The translations under genes were made by a program, and so were the position numbers. A stretch of DNA of 64,000 bases. Origin: an uncultured virus (IMG/VR IMGVR_UViG_3300027127_000005) (Duplodnaviria > Heunggongvirae > Uroviricota > Caudoviricetes). Below, piece by piece: positions 53,201 to 61,592 of the stretch. The notes under the pieces were generated by a model. The model worked only from the letters and a program-made list of their open reading frames with translations. It was not told where the DNA came from and did no database searches. Positions within the stretch are counted from its first letter, which is position 1. Each line of letters begins with the position of its first letter. Location of the stretch: IMG/VR virus record IMGVR_UViG_3300027127_000005, positions 1 through 64,000 of that record; one strand, written 5' to 3'.

Positions 53201-53398
53201 TCAAGAAGCAACTTTTTCTGCTTTTTTAGCATTCTTTACTTCGGAGATTTCTGCTCTACGAGTCTTTGCAAGTTTTGCAATTTCTTGCAGAGCTTTCCTT
53301 GCTCTAGTTCCAGCAGAACTATTTCCAGTTTCAAACTTCTCATCTTCTTGTTTCCAAGTTTCAAAAACAGAAGCAATTTGATTTACAGTATCAGACAT
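53201..53398 (-). CDS. histone H1-like (Hc1-family) small basic protein
   Basis: EKFETGNSSAGTRARKALQEIAKLAKTRRAEI pattern. Confidence 0.7.
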   Translation of the reverse strand: MSDTVNQIASVFETWKQEDEKFETGNSSAGTRARKALQEIAKLAKTRRAEISEVKNAKKAEKVAS

Positions 53399-53490
53399 AA
53401 TTGTTATAAAAATAAAATAATTATTATTTATATATGTAATTTTAAACTATTAGTTTAAAATTGTCAAATTATCATCCTTGAATATAAGAA

Positions 53491-54336
53491 TCAACGATGG
53501 GTTCTCTTCCAATTCAATTCCACATTGTCTGGTTCATAAAGACTACCTTGCTCATATCCCTTTTTGATATGGTGCTTAACCTTCTTACCACCAACTCTAG
53601 ACATATTTCTAAGTTGCTTAGCTGTTGGGTCAGATTTAACATTAAGACCAATTCCACTTTCGGGGTCATTAATCTCATTTCCTAATCTAAATGCCTTACG
53701 TCTTGCTTGTTTAGACATTCTAGAAACAGGAAGGTCTTTCCTTTCTTCATACATATCGTATTCTTCACAAATACTTTCTCTCCACTCTTCACTCATATTC
53801 ACCATAATTGCTTCTGCTGCTTCATAAGTATCAGCATATCCTTCATCAAGGAGGTGAGAAAGAACTAAATCATAAAGGTCAAAACTTTCTTCACTTACAC
53901 CTCTTGCTATTTGTCTAGCAAGTTTCTTACCTTTTGGTTTTCCACCAGGACCTGATGGTTCACCTGCTTCTTCTGGATTATAGTCATATGAGTCAGTTTC
54001 ATCAGCAGCTCTATACATATTTCTATCACTTTGAGTCATAAATCTACGTTTACGACCTTGGTCAGATGATGTTGGTCTAGGATCAGTTCTTCTAGCATGA
54101 CTTGCTGCCACATCACCACCTTTAGTTCTCTTATCCTTGTTACGTTCCCTAGCAAGAGCACTAAAAGAAAGATGTGCCTTTGGAGTTAATCCATACGAAC
54201 CTTCTGCTTCATCAATATCTTGAAGATAAGGAGAAGCATAAGGCCAACGATTCATTACATTGTGCTCCTCAGAAGAAGCTTCTGTAAGAATTTGATGCGA
54301 AAGATAAGAAATGTTCTGAAGGTCCTTATAGTTCAT
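53491..54336 (-). CDS. late virion/head-associated protein (putative)
   Basis: Late promoter at ~54362; HLLDEGYADT..A..IMVNMSEEW domain shared with 57200 and 57862. Confidence 0.65.
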   Translation of the reverse strand: MNYKDLQNISYLSHQILTEASSEEHNVMNRWPYASPYLQDIDEAEGSYGLTPKAHLSFSALARERNKDKRTKGGDVAASHARRTDPRPTSSDQGRKRRFMTQSDRNMYRAADETDSYDYNPEEAGEPSGPGGKPKGKKLARQIARGVSEESFDLYDLVLSHLLDEGYADTYEAAEAIMVNMSEEWRESICEEYDMYEERKDLPVSRMSKQARRKAFRLGNEINDPESGIGLNVKSDPTAKQLRNMSRVGGKKVKHHIKKGYEQGSLYEPDNVELNWKRTHR

Positions 54337-54364
54337 TGGTTTTTTATAGTTTTATATAATTTAT

Positions 54365-55204
54365 TTATAAAACTGAATCCAGAACATAGTTTGTAACTAA
54401 CAATTCTGTTTTAACGTTGTCCTGAGTTCCTTTTTCCCCACGATGAACCATTGAATATCGGAGTTTCCATTCATTCAAATTGTACTCTTTATAACGATTC
54501 AGCAACCAATCATTTAGATTATATGTAATCATAAAACGATGAGGGCACTTATCTACATCATCAGCAAATCTTTCGTGTGAGAATGATGAATGAAGTTTCC
54601 TTCCAGTTCCATAAAGGAAATCCTTGATATCATAAGGTGGGTCAAGAAATACAAATACTTCCTCACCAGGGTCATTCATTACCTCGGCATAATCAATATT
54701 AGTAATCTTCCAATTCTTGATAATATAAGAATACTTTGGAAGTTTATCAATTCCAACCAAAGAGAAGTTGGAACGTGATGCTTGAACTGAGAAAGTAGAA
54801 TTCTCAGTCAAACCAGAATAAGAACACTTATTCAGAATAAAGAAAGCAACTGCTTGTTCTAATGGTTCAAGAGTTTCAATGTCACTCTGATACCGATCGA
54901 ACAAGTCTTTATGTGCTTCATCATCTCCATTCACTTCTTCTTTGATTGCTCTTAATTTGTCTTTAAGAACTTGTCCATTATCACGGAGTTGAATCCAAAA
55001 GTTATAAAGATAAAAATACTTATCATTTACCCAAATAGGAACTTTTGGATAGTTCTGCGAAACCATTAAAGAAATGCTTCCACCACCCAAGAATGGTTCT
55101 CTAAACTCCTTGAAATCACTAGGAAACCAAGGAGCAAGAGTTTTAAGTGCTTTACTCTTTCCTCCGGGATAACGGAGCATTGTCTTTAATGGAAATTGTT
55201 TCAT
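54365..55204 (-). CDS. dam: DNA adenine methyltransferase (Dam/D12 class)
   Basis: RYPGGKS, EPFLGGGS, VND, FLDPPY, ELLVTNY. Confidence 0.92.
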   Translation of the reverse strand: MKQFPLKTMLRYPGGKSKALKTLAPWFPSDFKEFREPFLGGGSISLMVSQNYPKVPIWVNDKYFYLYNFWIQLRDNGQVLKDKLRAIKEEVNGDDEAHKDLFDRYQSDIETLEPLEQAVAFFILNKCSYSGLTENSTFSVQASRSNFSLVGIDKLPKYSYIIKNWKITNIDYAEVMNDPGEEVFVFLDPPYDIKDFLYGTGRKLHSSFSHERFADDVDKCPHRFMITYNLNDWLLNRYKEYNLNEWKLRYSMVHRGEKGTQDNVKTELLVTNYVLDSVL

Positions 55205-55209
55205 TTAGT

Positions 55210-55794
55210 CTATTGTGCTTGTTCCCAAATGTATTTTAGCAGAGTTTTGCTCTCAGGTACAACATTAACTTCTTCTACATCATTTATGCCATCATAAATC
55301 ATTGTAATATCTTCCTGAGAAACTGAGAAAGTAATTCTCGATTTACCTTCAGTAAAGTTTTTAGAAAACAGAAGTTTTGCGTCAAGAACGGCAAGTCGGT
55401 GAGTCCAAGGATCAATCAAAACAAACCATTCGGACCTAGTTTTGAACTCAGAAACTCCCGACTGAGTTTTTTTGAAATCCCAAGTTTTTGATTTGATCAA
55501 CCAAGATTTCTTTTCTTGGGGTTCCAAACCAAATTTTTTCGTTTTTGCATCCCAAAGATGTTTTGTGCGATAAAGACCATCTGGGTCATTTTTTTCTTTC
55601 TTTTCTGATGCTTTAATATCAATATATTTTGAGAAGGTTTCAATGAATCCAAATTCAATTGATTCACCCCTAGCAAAACAATCAATCCCTTCATTTAGGG
55701 GATACATCGCAGCAACTTTATTTGCTTGAATGAAGAATTTTTTATATTCCTCAGAGGGAATAGTTTTCAAATCGGAAATAAACTGTTCAATCAT
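55210..55794 (-). CDS. hypothetical protein, possible PD-(D/E)XK restriction endonuclease
   Basis: RGESIE...NDPDG...WDAKT; ends 5 nt upstream of the methylase; start reassigned to MIEQF because the longer ORF overlaps tRNA-Leu. Confidence 0.55.
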   Translation of the reverse strand: MIEQFISDLKTIPSEEYKKFFIQANKVAAMYPLNEGIDCFARGESIEFGFIETFSKYIDIKASEKKEKNDPDGLYRTKHLWDAKTKKFGLEPQEKKSWLIKSKTWDFKKTQSGVSEFKTRSEWFVLIDPWTHRLAVLDAKLLFSKNFTEGKSRITFSVSQEDITMIYDGINDVEEVNVVPESKTLLKYIWEQAQ

Positions 55795-55838
55795 AATACT
55801 AATAACTGAAATAATGTGTGTTTGCCCTTTCGGGCAAG

Positions 55839-56181
55839 TGCGAGTAGGGAGACTTGAACTCCCACGGGCAATGCCCAACAGATTTTCTTACCACTATAGT
55901 TTTCACTACCCTTTCGGTTTGTGGTCTGGACTATACCTTCACCATACCTTTCAGTTTAGGTGTTCCCCGTCTAGTCTCTACACGTTTTGCATTTTCTAGA
56001 TAATTCCAACCCTCTCTAGAAGCACATTGGGTAGCCGTTGTCTTTCCAACTGTCTTGCAACTTCGCTCGGTATTGCCATTTTACAGGTTTCACCGAATTT
56101 GAGGAATTACACTCATAAGGTTTCCCAAATGAGGCTCAATTTTCATAAGTCTGGTGTGTCTACCGATTCCACCATACTCGC
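55839..56181 (-). tRNA. tRNA-Leu(TAA) interrupted by a group I intron
   Basis: Exons 56181-56147 (...CAGACTT) and 55886-55839 (AAAATCTG...) join to give loop CTTAAAA; long variable arm. Confidence 0.9.
55887..56146 (-). ncRNA. Group I intron (tRNA-Leu type), 260 nt, no ORF
   Basis: 5' exon ends in U and intron ends in G; core elements AAATTCGGTGAAACC, GGCAATACCGAG, GTAGAGACTAGACGG, GAAGGTATAGTCC. Confidence 0.88.
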
Positions 56182-56223
56182 TTGTATGAGACCATTATAA
56201 CTCAAAGAATCATAATAGTCAAG

Positions 56224-56296
56224 TGCTCGTTACTGGGATCGAACCAGTCTATCAGGTCTTATGAGGACCGCGCTTTCGCCAGAGAGCTAAACGAGC
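56224..56296 (-). tRNA. tRNA-Met/Ile2(CAT)
   Basis: Loop CTCATAA; acceptor GCTCGTT/AACGAGC. Confidence 0.85.
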
Positions 56297-56706
56297 GTTT
56301 GTAGAAACTCTCCCCAACTATTACCATAATGAATTATATGATGACAGTTGTGGCAAAGAAGATCGCATTTATCTACTTCTTCTTTAATAGTATCCCATTT
56401 TCTATTAGCAAAAGATCTCCCATCAAGTTTTAATTCTTTTTGGGAAGGATCTCTGTGGTGAAAGCATAGTGTTGCAGGTCTATCTTCACCACAAGTTTGG
56501 CACTTACCACCTTTATATTGAAGTGCTTTCCATTTATTGGAATATGCACGTTCTTTTTGTTCGGTATAAGTATTTCTATTCACAACACAAGGATCATTTC
56601 TATACCTCCACCTTTGACGACAGGTTTCATTGCAATAAAGTTTTGCTCTTCCACCCTTTCTTTGGTGTTGTGGAACTTCTTTTCCACACGATTTACAGTT
56701 AATCAT
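56287..56706 (-). CDS. HNH endonuclease with N-terminal zinc finger
   Basis: CKSCG...YCNETCR; GGKCQTCG...FHHRDP...KCDLLCHNCH; late promoter at ~56733; stop overlaps the 5' end of the tRNA. Confidence 0.85.
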   Translation of the reverse strand: MINCKSCGKEVPQHQRKGGRAKLYCNETCRQRWRYRNDPCVVNRNTYTEQKERAYSNKWKALQYKGGKCQTCGEDRPATLCFHHRDPSQKELKLDGRSFANRKWDTIKEEVDKCDLLCHNCHHIIHYGNSWGEFLQTLV

Positions 56707-56777
56707 TTGTGTTATGAAGATATACATACACCTATTTATAATAGATGCATTCGCTATTCGCAAATAACGAATAGCAA

Positions 56778-56865
56778 TACGAGTGCCTGGATTCGAACCA
56801 GGTCAAAGCCGCTAATCTGGCGGAAAGAGTTTATAAGACTCCTCTGACTACCAAGTCTCACTCGC
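56778..56865 (-). tRNA. atypical tRNA with TAT anticodon (Ile?) and long variable arm
   Basis: Acceptor GCGAGTG/CACTCGT; mini D-arm GACT-TGGT-AGTC; loop CTTATAA; variable stem CCGC/GCGG; canonical T-arm; TTGACA-N17-TATAAT promoter. Confidence 0.8.
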
Positions 56866-56903
56866 TTGAACCAGATCAATTATAGAGGATCTGGAACTCT
56901 TTG

Positions 56904-57122
56904 TCAAACAGAAATCAAAGTCCCATCTTTACGAAATTGAGAAATAAGTTTCCCAACACTATCAGCAACTTTAACCTGTTCTTTCACCAAAGTCAAGTCA
57001 TTGCACTTGAAGACATAAACTTGCTCTGGTTTGTAGGTGTAAGCAATACCTACCTGATTTTCAGCATAATCAAACTGAATCTTTGCGATAGCAGAAGAAT
57101 CAGTGAACTCAAGAACTTCCAT
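56904..57122 (-). CDS. KTSC-like domain protein
   Basis: SSAIAKIQFD...VGIAY...YVF...ADSVGK pattern. Confidence 0.55.
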   Translation of the reverse strand: MEVLEFTDSSAIAKIQFDYAENQVGIAYTYKPEQVYVFKCNDLTLVKEQVKVADSVGKLISQFRKDGTLISV

Positions 57123-57199
57123 CGGTTTTCCCTTGATTACCTAGTAATCATACCACGGATGCTGCTGCGTGGCAAGGGGAGTGGACGGTTCGGAAAGTG

Positions 57200-57358
57200 T
57201 CAGTCCTTAATAATTGTAGTGAACCAAGTCTCACTCATACCCTCAATGATTTTATTTGCAGATTCATTGTCATCTGCATAACCCTCCGAGATGAGATGCT
57301 CTATAAGTTGTGAATGAATCTTATAGGTTTCCTGCAATTCTCTTGGTGTTGGTTTCAT
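57200..57358 (-). CDS. 52-aa protein consisting of the HL..EGYAD...MSE.W domain
   Basis: Translated by hand: MKPTPRELQETYKIHSQLIEHLISEGYADDNESANKIIEGMSETWFTTIIKD. Confidence 0.7.
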   Translation of the reverse strand: MKPTPRELQETYKIHSQLIEHLISEGYADDNESANKIIEGMSETWFTTIIKD

Positions 57359-57375
57359 CTGACTACTTTTTTCTT

Positions 57376-57783
57376 TTATTTATTCAAAAACCCTCTCATA
57401 CCAGTAGTAGCAACGAAACTCTCAAGACCTTTGTTAATCGGACGAACTTTGATGTAAATTTCATCAGGAACTTCACCAAAGTATCCTTGCAACCAAGGGC
57501 ACAACCAAACAGGAAGACACATAGTCGTATCAGTATAAGTTGTACCTTCTTCATCGGATACTTCTTTCACAAGAAGAGTATCATAATCATCAGGTTCTTC
57601 AAGAAAGAGAGAAATCTCAACTTCATCACCTTCAATTGGATACTTCCCAGTCTTGAAGAAGCAATGTTCGTCAATTGCTTCTTCAGTTCCATTCATCAGA
57701 AGTTCTTCAACTGTATCATTATGAGAATGATTGAAGTGGTAAAGATTGTCGTCTAGTTTGATTGCTACAACTGTAAGTTCCAT
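57376..57783 (-). CDS. conserved hypothetical protein
   Basis: E.L..GT.E.ID...WLCPWL..YF...P..IY pattern; follows a dyad promoter. Confidence 0.7.
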   Translation of the reverse strand: MELTVVAIKLDDNLYHFNHSHNDTVEELLMNGTEEAIDEHCFFKTGKYPIEGDEVEISLFLEEPDDYDTLLVKEVSDEEGTTYTDTTMCLPVWLCPWLQGYFGEVPDEIYIKVRPINKGLESFVATTGMRGFLNK

Positions 57784-57861
57784 AAGAGTCTTGTGTTTCA
57801 AGTAGTATAGCACAAAAAAAGGTGCCTCGGGGACACCTTGGGACAGTTTGGGAAGTGGTCC

Positions 57862-58551
57862 TCACCCGTGCTCTCCCATTGCTTTTTGCTTACGAAGTTT
57901 CTTTGGATTTTTGGTTATTCCACCTTCTCCTTTTGAAGTTGAAATTCTTCTTTCTTCGGGGTCTTGGTCTTTGCCATAAGTATAAAAATCGCTAGACCTT
58001 CTCAGTCTTCTTGTTTTTGGGTCTAATCCCTGTCTTACATTAAACCTAGATGGAGGAGTTGCTGTTTTTTCATCAAGAACTTCCTCTAGAACAATACTCT
58101 CTCTCCAATCTTCACTCATATTCACCATAATGACTTCTGCTTGTTCTTGAGTATCAGCATAACCTTCATCAAGAAGATGTGAGAGGATGATGTCGTAATA
58201 ATCATAACTATCCCGAATACCTTGCCCGTCACTTCTCATTAACCTATTCCCAAATGCTTTTTTCTTTTTCTCACCCTTTTCTTTGTTTGCTGCTGCCTTT
58301 GCCTGCGATTTTTCTGGATTGTGAAACGCACTAACAGCAAATTGATTGCTTGCTCTATTTTGCAATTTTTCACCTTCGGGAGTATTGCTGGGAAGTGTTC
58401 CAGCATACATATTTCCACGAGTAGCAGTTTTTTTTGATTTATTTAATAATTGATGTCCCCTGTTTCTTGCTTTATCTCCAAGGTCTTTATAACTTTCATC
58501 ATAAACCTGATTATAAGCTTCTTGAAGGGCACGAAGGTCTTGTGAGTCCAT
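57862..58551 (-). CDS. late virion/head-associated protein (putative)
   Basis: MDSQDLRALQEAY start; HLLDEGYAD domain; late promoter at ~58572. Confidence 0.65.
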   Translation of the reverse strand: MDSQDLRALQEAYNQVYDESYKDLGDKARNRGHQLLNKSKKTATRGNMYAGTLPSNTPEGEKLQNRASNQFAVSAFHNPEKSQAKAAANKEKGEKKKKAFGNRLMRSDGQGIRDSYDYYDIILSHLLDEGYADTQEQAEVIMVNMSEDWRESIVLEEVLDEKTATPPSRFNVRQGLDPKTRRLRRSSDFYTYGKDQDPEERRISTSKGEGGITKNPKKLRKQKAMGEHG

Positions 58552-58586
58552 TTTTACAAATACTTTTTAGTTATTTATGTATATTA

Positions 58587-59435
58587 TCAGTCTGCCTTTC
58601 CGACCATCAATCCAGTTTTTGCGGACCTCTCAGTGCTTCTTTTGCCGAATGCTTTCTTATAAAGTTTTGCTCTCTTTTCTGCACCAGTTTTCTTATCTTC
58701 ACCAGACATCACAGCAGTTGGTTTTCCAATCACAGTATCACCTTTCTGTGCTCCTGCTCTCTTTAAATGTTTTGGAGTATCTTTAAGTGCTTGAATAAAG
58801 TTTCTTCCTCTTTCCATTTGTTGATGTTTATCACCTTTTCCAACTTCACTATCTCGGTGCATAATATCTACGGTATGAACTTTACCTGTCTTATTTGCAC
58901 CTGTCTTTGTCATTTGCTTTTTCAAGTCTTTCACTCTTCTTACACTTTCACTTGAAGGTGCAGTCTTGAGTTTAGTCATTCCAGTTGCAGTTCTTCCTGC
59001 TGGTTTGAACTTCTTAATTAGTTGTTCTCCCTTTGCTGCTTTTCTTGCCGATGAATGAGTTCTGATGTAATGGTCTTGTTCTGTGCTGCCAATATCATCT
59101 TCAGTCCATTCACTATCATAAGTTGTATAATCTTTTGCTTTGGTTCTCAAATCTTTAGTGGAATACTTACCAGTTCCTTTGAGTCCTGCTTTCTTTGCAA
59201 CTGATGCTGTAGTTCTCTCTTGCCTATCCATATCAGCACCACGACCACGGGCAAGAGTTACTTTACCTCTGGTTCTTTTACCACTTCTTTCACCACCAGA
59301 ACTTTCTTCAAGTTCTTCAATATCTTCTTTCACACAACGATTATAAGTCTTTCCAAAGAGTTTTTGAGTGCCTTTCTTTTTATATCCAGGCCAGCACTTC
59401 TTTGCTTCTGAAATAAATTCTTGATAAGTCTTCAC
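58587..59435 (-). CDS. putative internal head protein with T4-type capsid-targeting sequence
   Basis: N-terminus MKTYQEFISE; highly basic; CWPGY...YNRCVKE motif. Confidence 0.65.
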   Translation of the reverse strand: MKTYQEFISEAKKCWPGYKKKGTQKLFGKTYNRCVKEDIEELEESSGGERSGKRTRGKVTLARGRGADMDRQERTTASVAKKAGLKGTGKYSTKDLRTKAKDYTTYDSEWTEDDIGSTEQDHYIRTHSSARKAAKGEQLIKKFKPAGRTATGMTKLKTAPSSESVRRVKDLKKQMTKTGANKTGKVHTVDIMHRDSEVGKGDKHQQMERGRNFIQALKDTPKHLKRAGAQKGDTVIGKPTAVMSGEDKKTGAEKRAKLYKKAFGKRSTERSAKTGLMVGKAD

Positions 59436-59887
59436 TTTGAACCCCAGATAGAATATCTACCACCATACTTACCTCTCCAAGAATTTTCTGCATTACGTTT
59501 TGCTTGAACTCTATCAGTTGCAGTTGTTCCTGGTTTTGGTGCAGTCTTTGCTCCTCTTGCCTTCTTCACTCCTCTTCCAGAACCACCTTCACCGTGCTCG
59601 TGTGGTTTGAATCCCATTGTAGGTCCTCCGTGGGTTCCACCTGCTTGAATTGCGGGAGCACCACCTACTTTACCTTGCCTGTATCTTCCAAGGTCAGCAA
59701 CAGGATTGATTTGCTTTTTCTCAATAGTTCTTGTTTCCCACTTTTTACCACTACCTTCTGGTGCTTTTTGCACAGTTTTTTGTGTCTTAGTTACATAAAG
59801 AGGAGTCTTCTTCTTTCCCTTTACTTTATCCTCTTTACGCATCTCAACGAGGTATGCTTCTTCTAGGAACTCTCTGAAAGTTTTCAT
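59432..59887 (-). CDS. putative internal head protein
   Basis: N-terminus MKTFREFLEE; basic and Gly-rich; late promoter at ~59906. Confidence 0.65.
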   Translation of the reverse strand: MKTFREFLEEAYLVEMRKEDKVKGKKKTPLYVTKTQKTVQKAPEGSGKKWETRTIEKKQINPVADLGRYRQGKVGGAPAIQAGGTHGGPTMGFKPHEHGEGGSGRGVKKARGAKTAPKPGTTATDRVQAKRNAENSWRGKYGGRYSIWGSK

Positions 59888-59926
59888 TTTTTTAACTTTT
59901 ATTTTTATTTATCTTGTTTTTTTTTA

Positions 59927-60763
59927 CTAATCTTCTCCTCTTCTAGTCTTTCTTCTTGCTTTATTCACAAGAGTAGTGAAAGCTCTCATGGGACTAATAA
60001 CATTATCAATATCTTTTAGTTTACTGCGATTAGTTCTTTCAAATGCGTGAAACTTGCTGTGATGAAATCCTGGTTTTTGTGGTTTAAACTTTGAGACTGT
60101 ACCTTTATCAGCAACAACTAGATTTCTTGGGTCATTGCCATGATACTTTTTTTCTTTTGCTTGCTTTTTCTTATGTCTCAATACATCACCAGGAGACATA
60201 TCTTTCATTTCTTTACCAGAGGTTTCTATTTCAGTTGCATGATGAACTTCTCCACCACGTTTTCTTGCCAATCTATGCTTATATTCAACCTTTGCTCTCT
60301 CTTTTGGTGTTAGTTGCCCTGTTGCCTTTTTAGTTCTTTCTTCACGGTCTTGTTTGTGCTTTTCTCTAGCTTGAACTGAAGCAATGCCATACTTAGGATT
60401 TTCTTTTGTTCCTCTATTTTTAATGAAAGTTCCATCTGGCAATTTCCCTCCATGATGTCTCATTAACTCATCTTTAGTTGAGAAATGTATTCCTTCCCTA
60501 ATTATTATTGATTCTTCCACAAACTCTTTGAAAGTCTTTTTCTTACGATTACGTGCTGGTTCAGATACTCTTGCACTATCTAAATTTCTATTTGCTTCTT
60601 TTCTTTTTCTCATTAGTTCTCCCATCAAAGGAAGACTGGGTGCAGCATCGTGCCCAGATCTTACTAATGATTGAGGAGATTGTGCAGCATTTGCAGCAAA
60701 TGATAATGCCAAAACTGCATTTGCTGCAACATCTCTTTTTCTACCTTCAGAAAGCATTTGCAT
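59927..60763 (-). CDS. late basic protein (putative virion protein)
   Basis: Start reassigned to MQMLSEG after the late promoter at ~60781; internal KTFKEFVEE. Confidence 0.6.
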   Translation of the reverse strand: MQMLSEGRKRDVAANAVLALSFAANAAQSPQSLVRSGHDAAPSLPLMGELMRKRKEANRNLDSARVSEPARNRKKKTFKEFVEESIIIREGIHFSTKDELMRHHGGKLPDGTFIKNRGTKENPKYGIASVQAREKHKQDREERTKKATGQLTPKERAKVEYKHRLARKRGGEVHHATEIETSGKEMKDMSPGDVLRHKKKQAKEKKYHGNDPRNLVVADKGTVSKFKPQKPGFHHSKFHAFERTNRSKLKDIDNVISPMRAFTTLVNKARRKTRRGED

Positions 60764-61007
60764 ACAAAAATACCTTTGATTATTTATCAAAGGCAGGAGA
60801 ATCAACATAAGAAAGAGACTTAACAAAAAGTTCAGTAAATCGTTCTTGTTTTTCTGGATGTACGTATGCTGGATTTTGCGAGATTGCCTTACGCAAAACA
60901 TCCATTTCTTCAAATTCTTCTTTACTTAAACTCATTAAATGCTCCTTATTTTTGTGTTAGTATTCTAACACATTATCTATCAATATGTAGTTTTCTTAAG
61001 AATTTAT

Positions 61008-61367
61008 TTATGTTTCTGTGAACTTTTGTAAAGTTTCAATATCTTTATCCAATTCGTTTTTTTGTCTTATTTTATCATAATATTCATAGAGGGAATTATG
61101 AACATCCATTAAATGGTCAACCCAGAAACCAGAAGGATAAATTCCAAGTGCATCTTGAAGTCCACGATGAGAAGTTCCTTCCTGTTCTGCCTTACACATA
61201 ATGTAACAGATTGCCTGAACCATATCAAGTTTATCTTCTTCAGAAAGCATAAAATACTTTCCTACTGCTCGTTGCTTTGCTTCTTCATTTGCTTTTTGAA
61301 TTTGTTTACATTCATCAGAATCCCACCATTCTTGGAGAGAACGACCAAATTCATTAGGTTTAGTCAT
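61008..61367 (-). CDS. hypothetical protein
   Basis: 119 aa ORF in operon. Confidence 0.7.
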   Translation of the reverse strand: MTKPNEFGRSLQEWWDSDECKQIQKANEEAKQRAVGKYFMLSEEDKLDMVQAICYIMCKAEQEGTSHRGLQDALGIYPSGFWVDHLMDVHNSLYEYYDKIRQKNELDKDIETLQKFTET

Positions 61368-61592
61368 TATTCTCCAAACATAGTCCCAAAGAAACCACTA
61401 CTTCCTGGTTTACGATTTTCCAATTTATCAAGAAGTGCATCAGTGCTTTGGAGAGAATTAATACGATTGATAATATCGGCAATTACACTACAAACCATAG
61501 GTCGCTCTTGACGAGCAGCATATGCAAGAGCATTACGCAATGATGCTTCTGCTTCTTTCAGTGATTCTTCAACAGATTGTGATAATGCCATT

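Larger units (their letters stand above)
1818..57861 (-). repeat. Dispersed 22-bp dyad / -10 promoter repeat family (~32 copies)
   Basis: Plus-strand consensus GTGCCASTN6ASTGKCAC (or ...AAGTGTCC), mostly 30 nt (29-32) from a minus-strand TATAAT-like box. Approximate starts: 1818, 3442, 4171, 5137, 6455, 6733, 7636, 9167, 10488, 11285, 14418, 14684, 15337, 15884, 16286, 17819, 19620, 20090, 24225, 31485, 33517, 35601, 35887, 38597 (tandem x2), 40392, 40968, 46917, 47445, 48556, 52986, 57182, 57840. Confidence 0.9.

Noticed and set aside
1818..57861. Dyad repeats as a CRISPR array or IS/MITE ends
   Set aside because: Copies are dispersed at irregular 0.3-7 kb intervals with genes between them and are tied to -10 boxes; no cas gene or transposase is present
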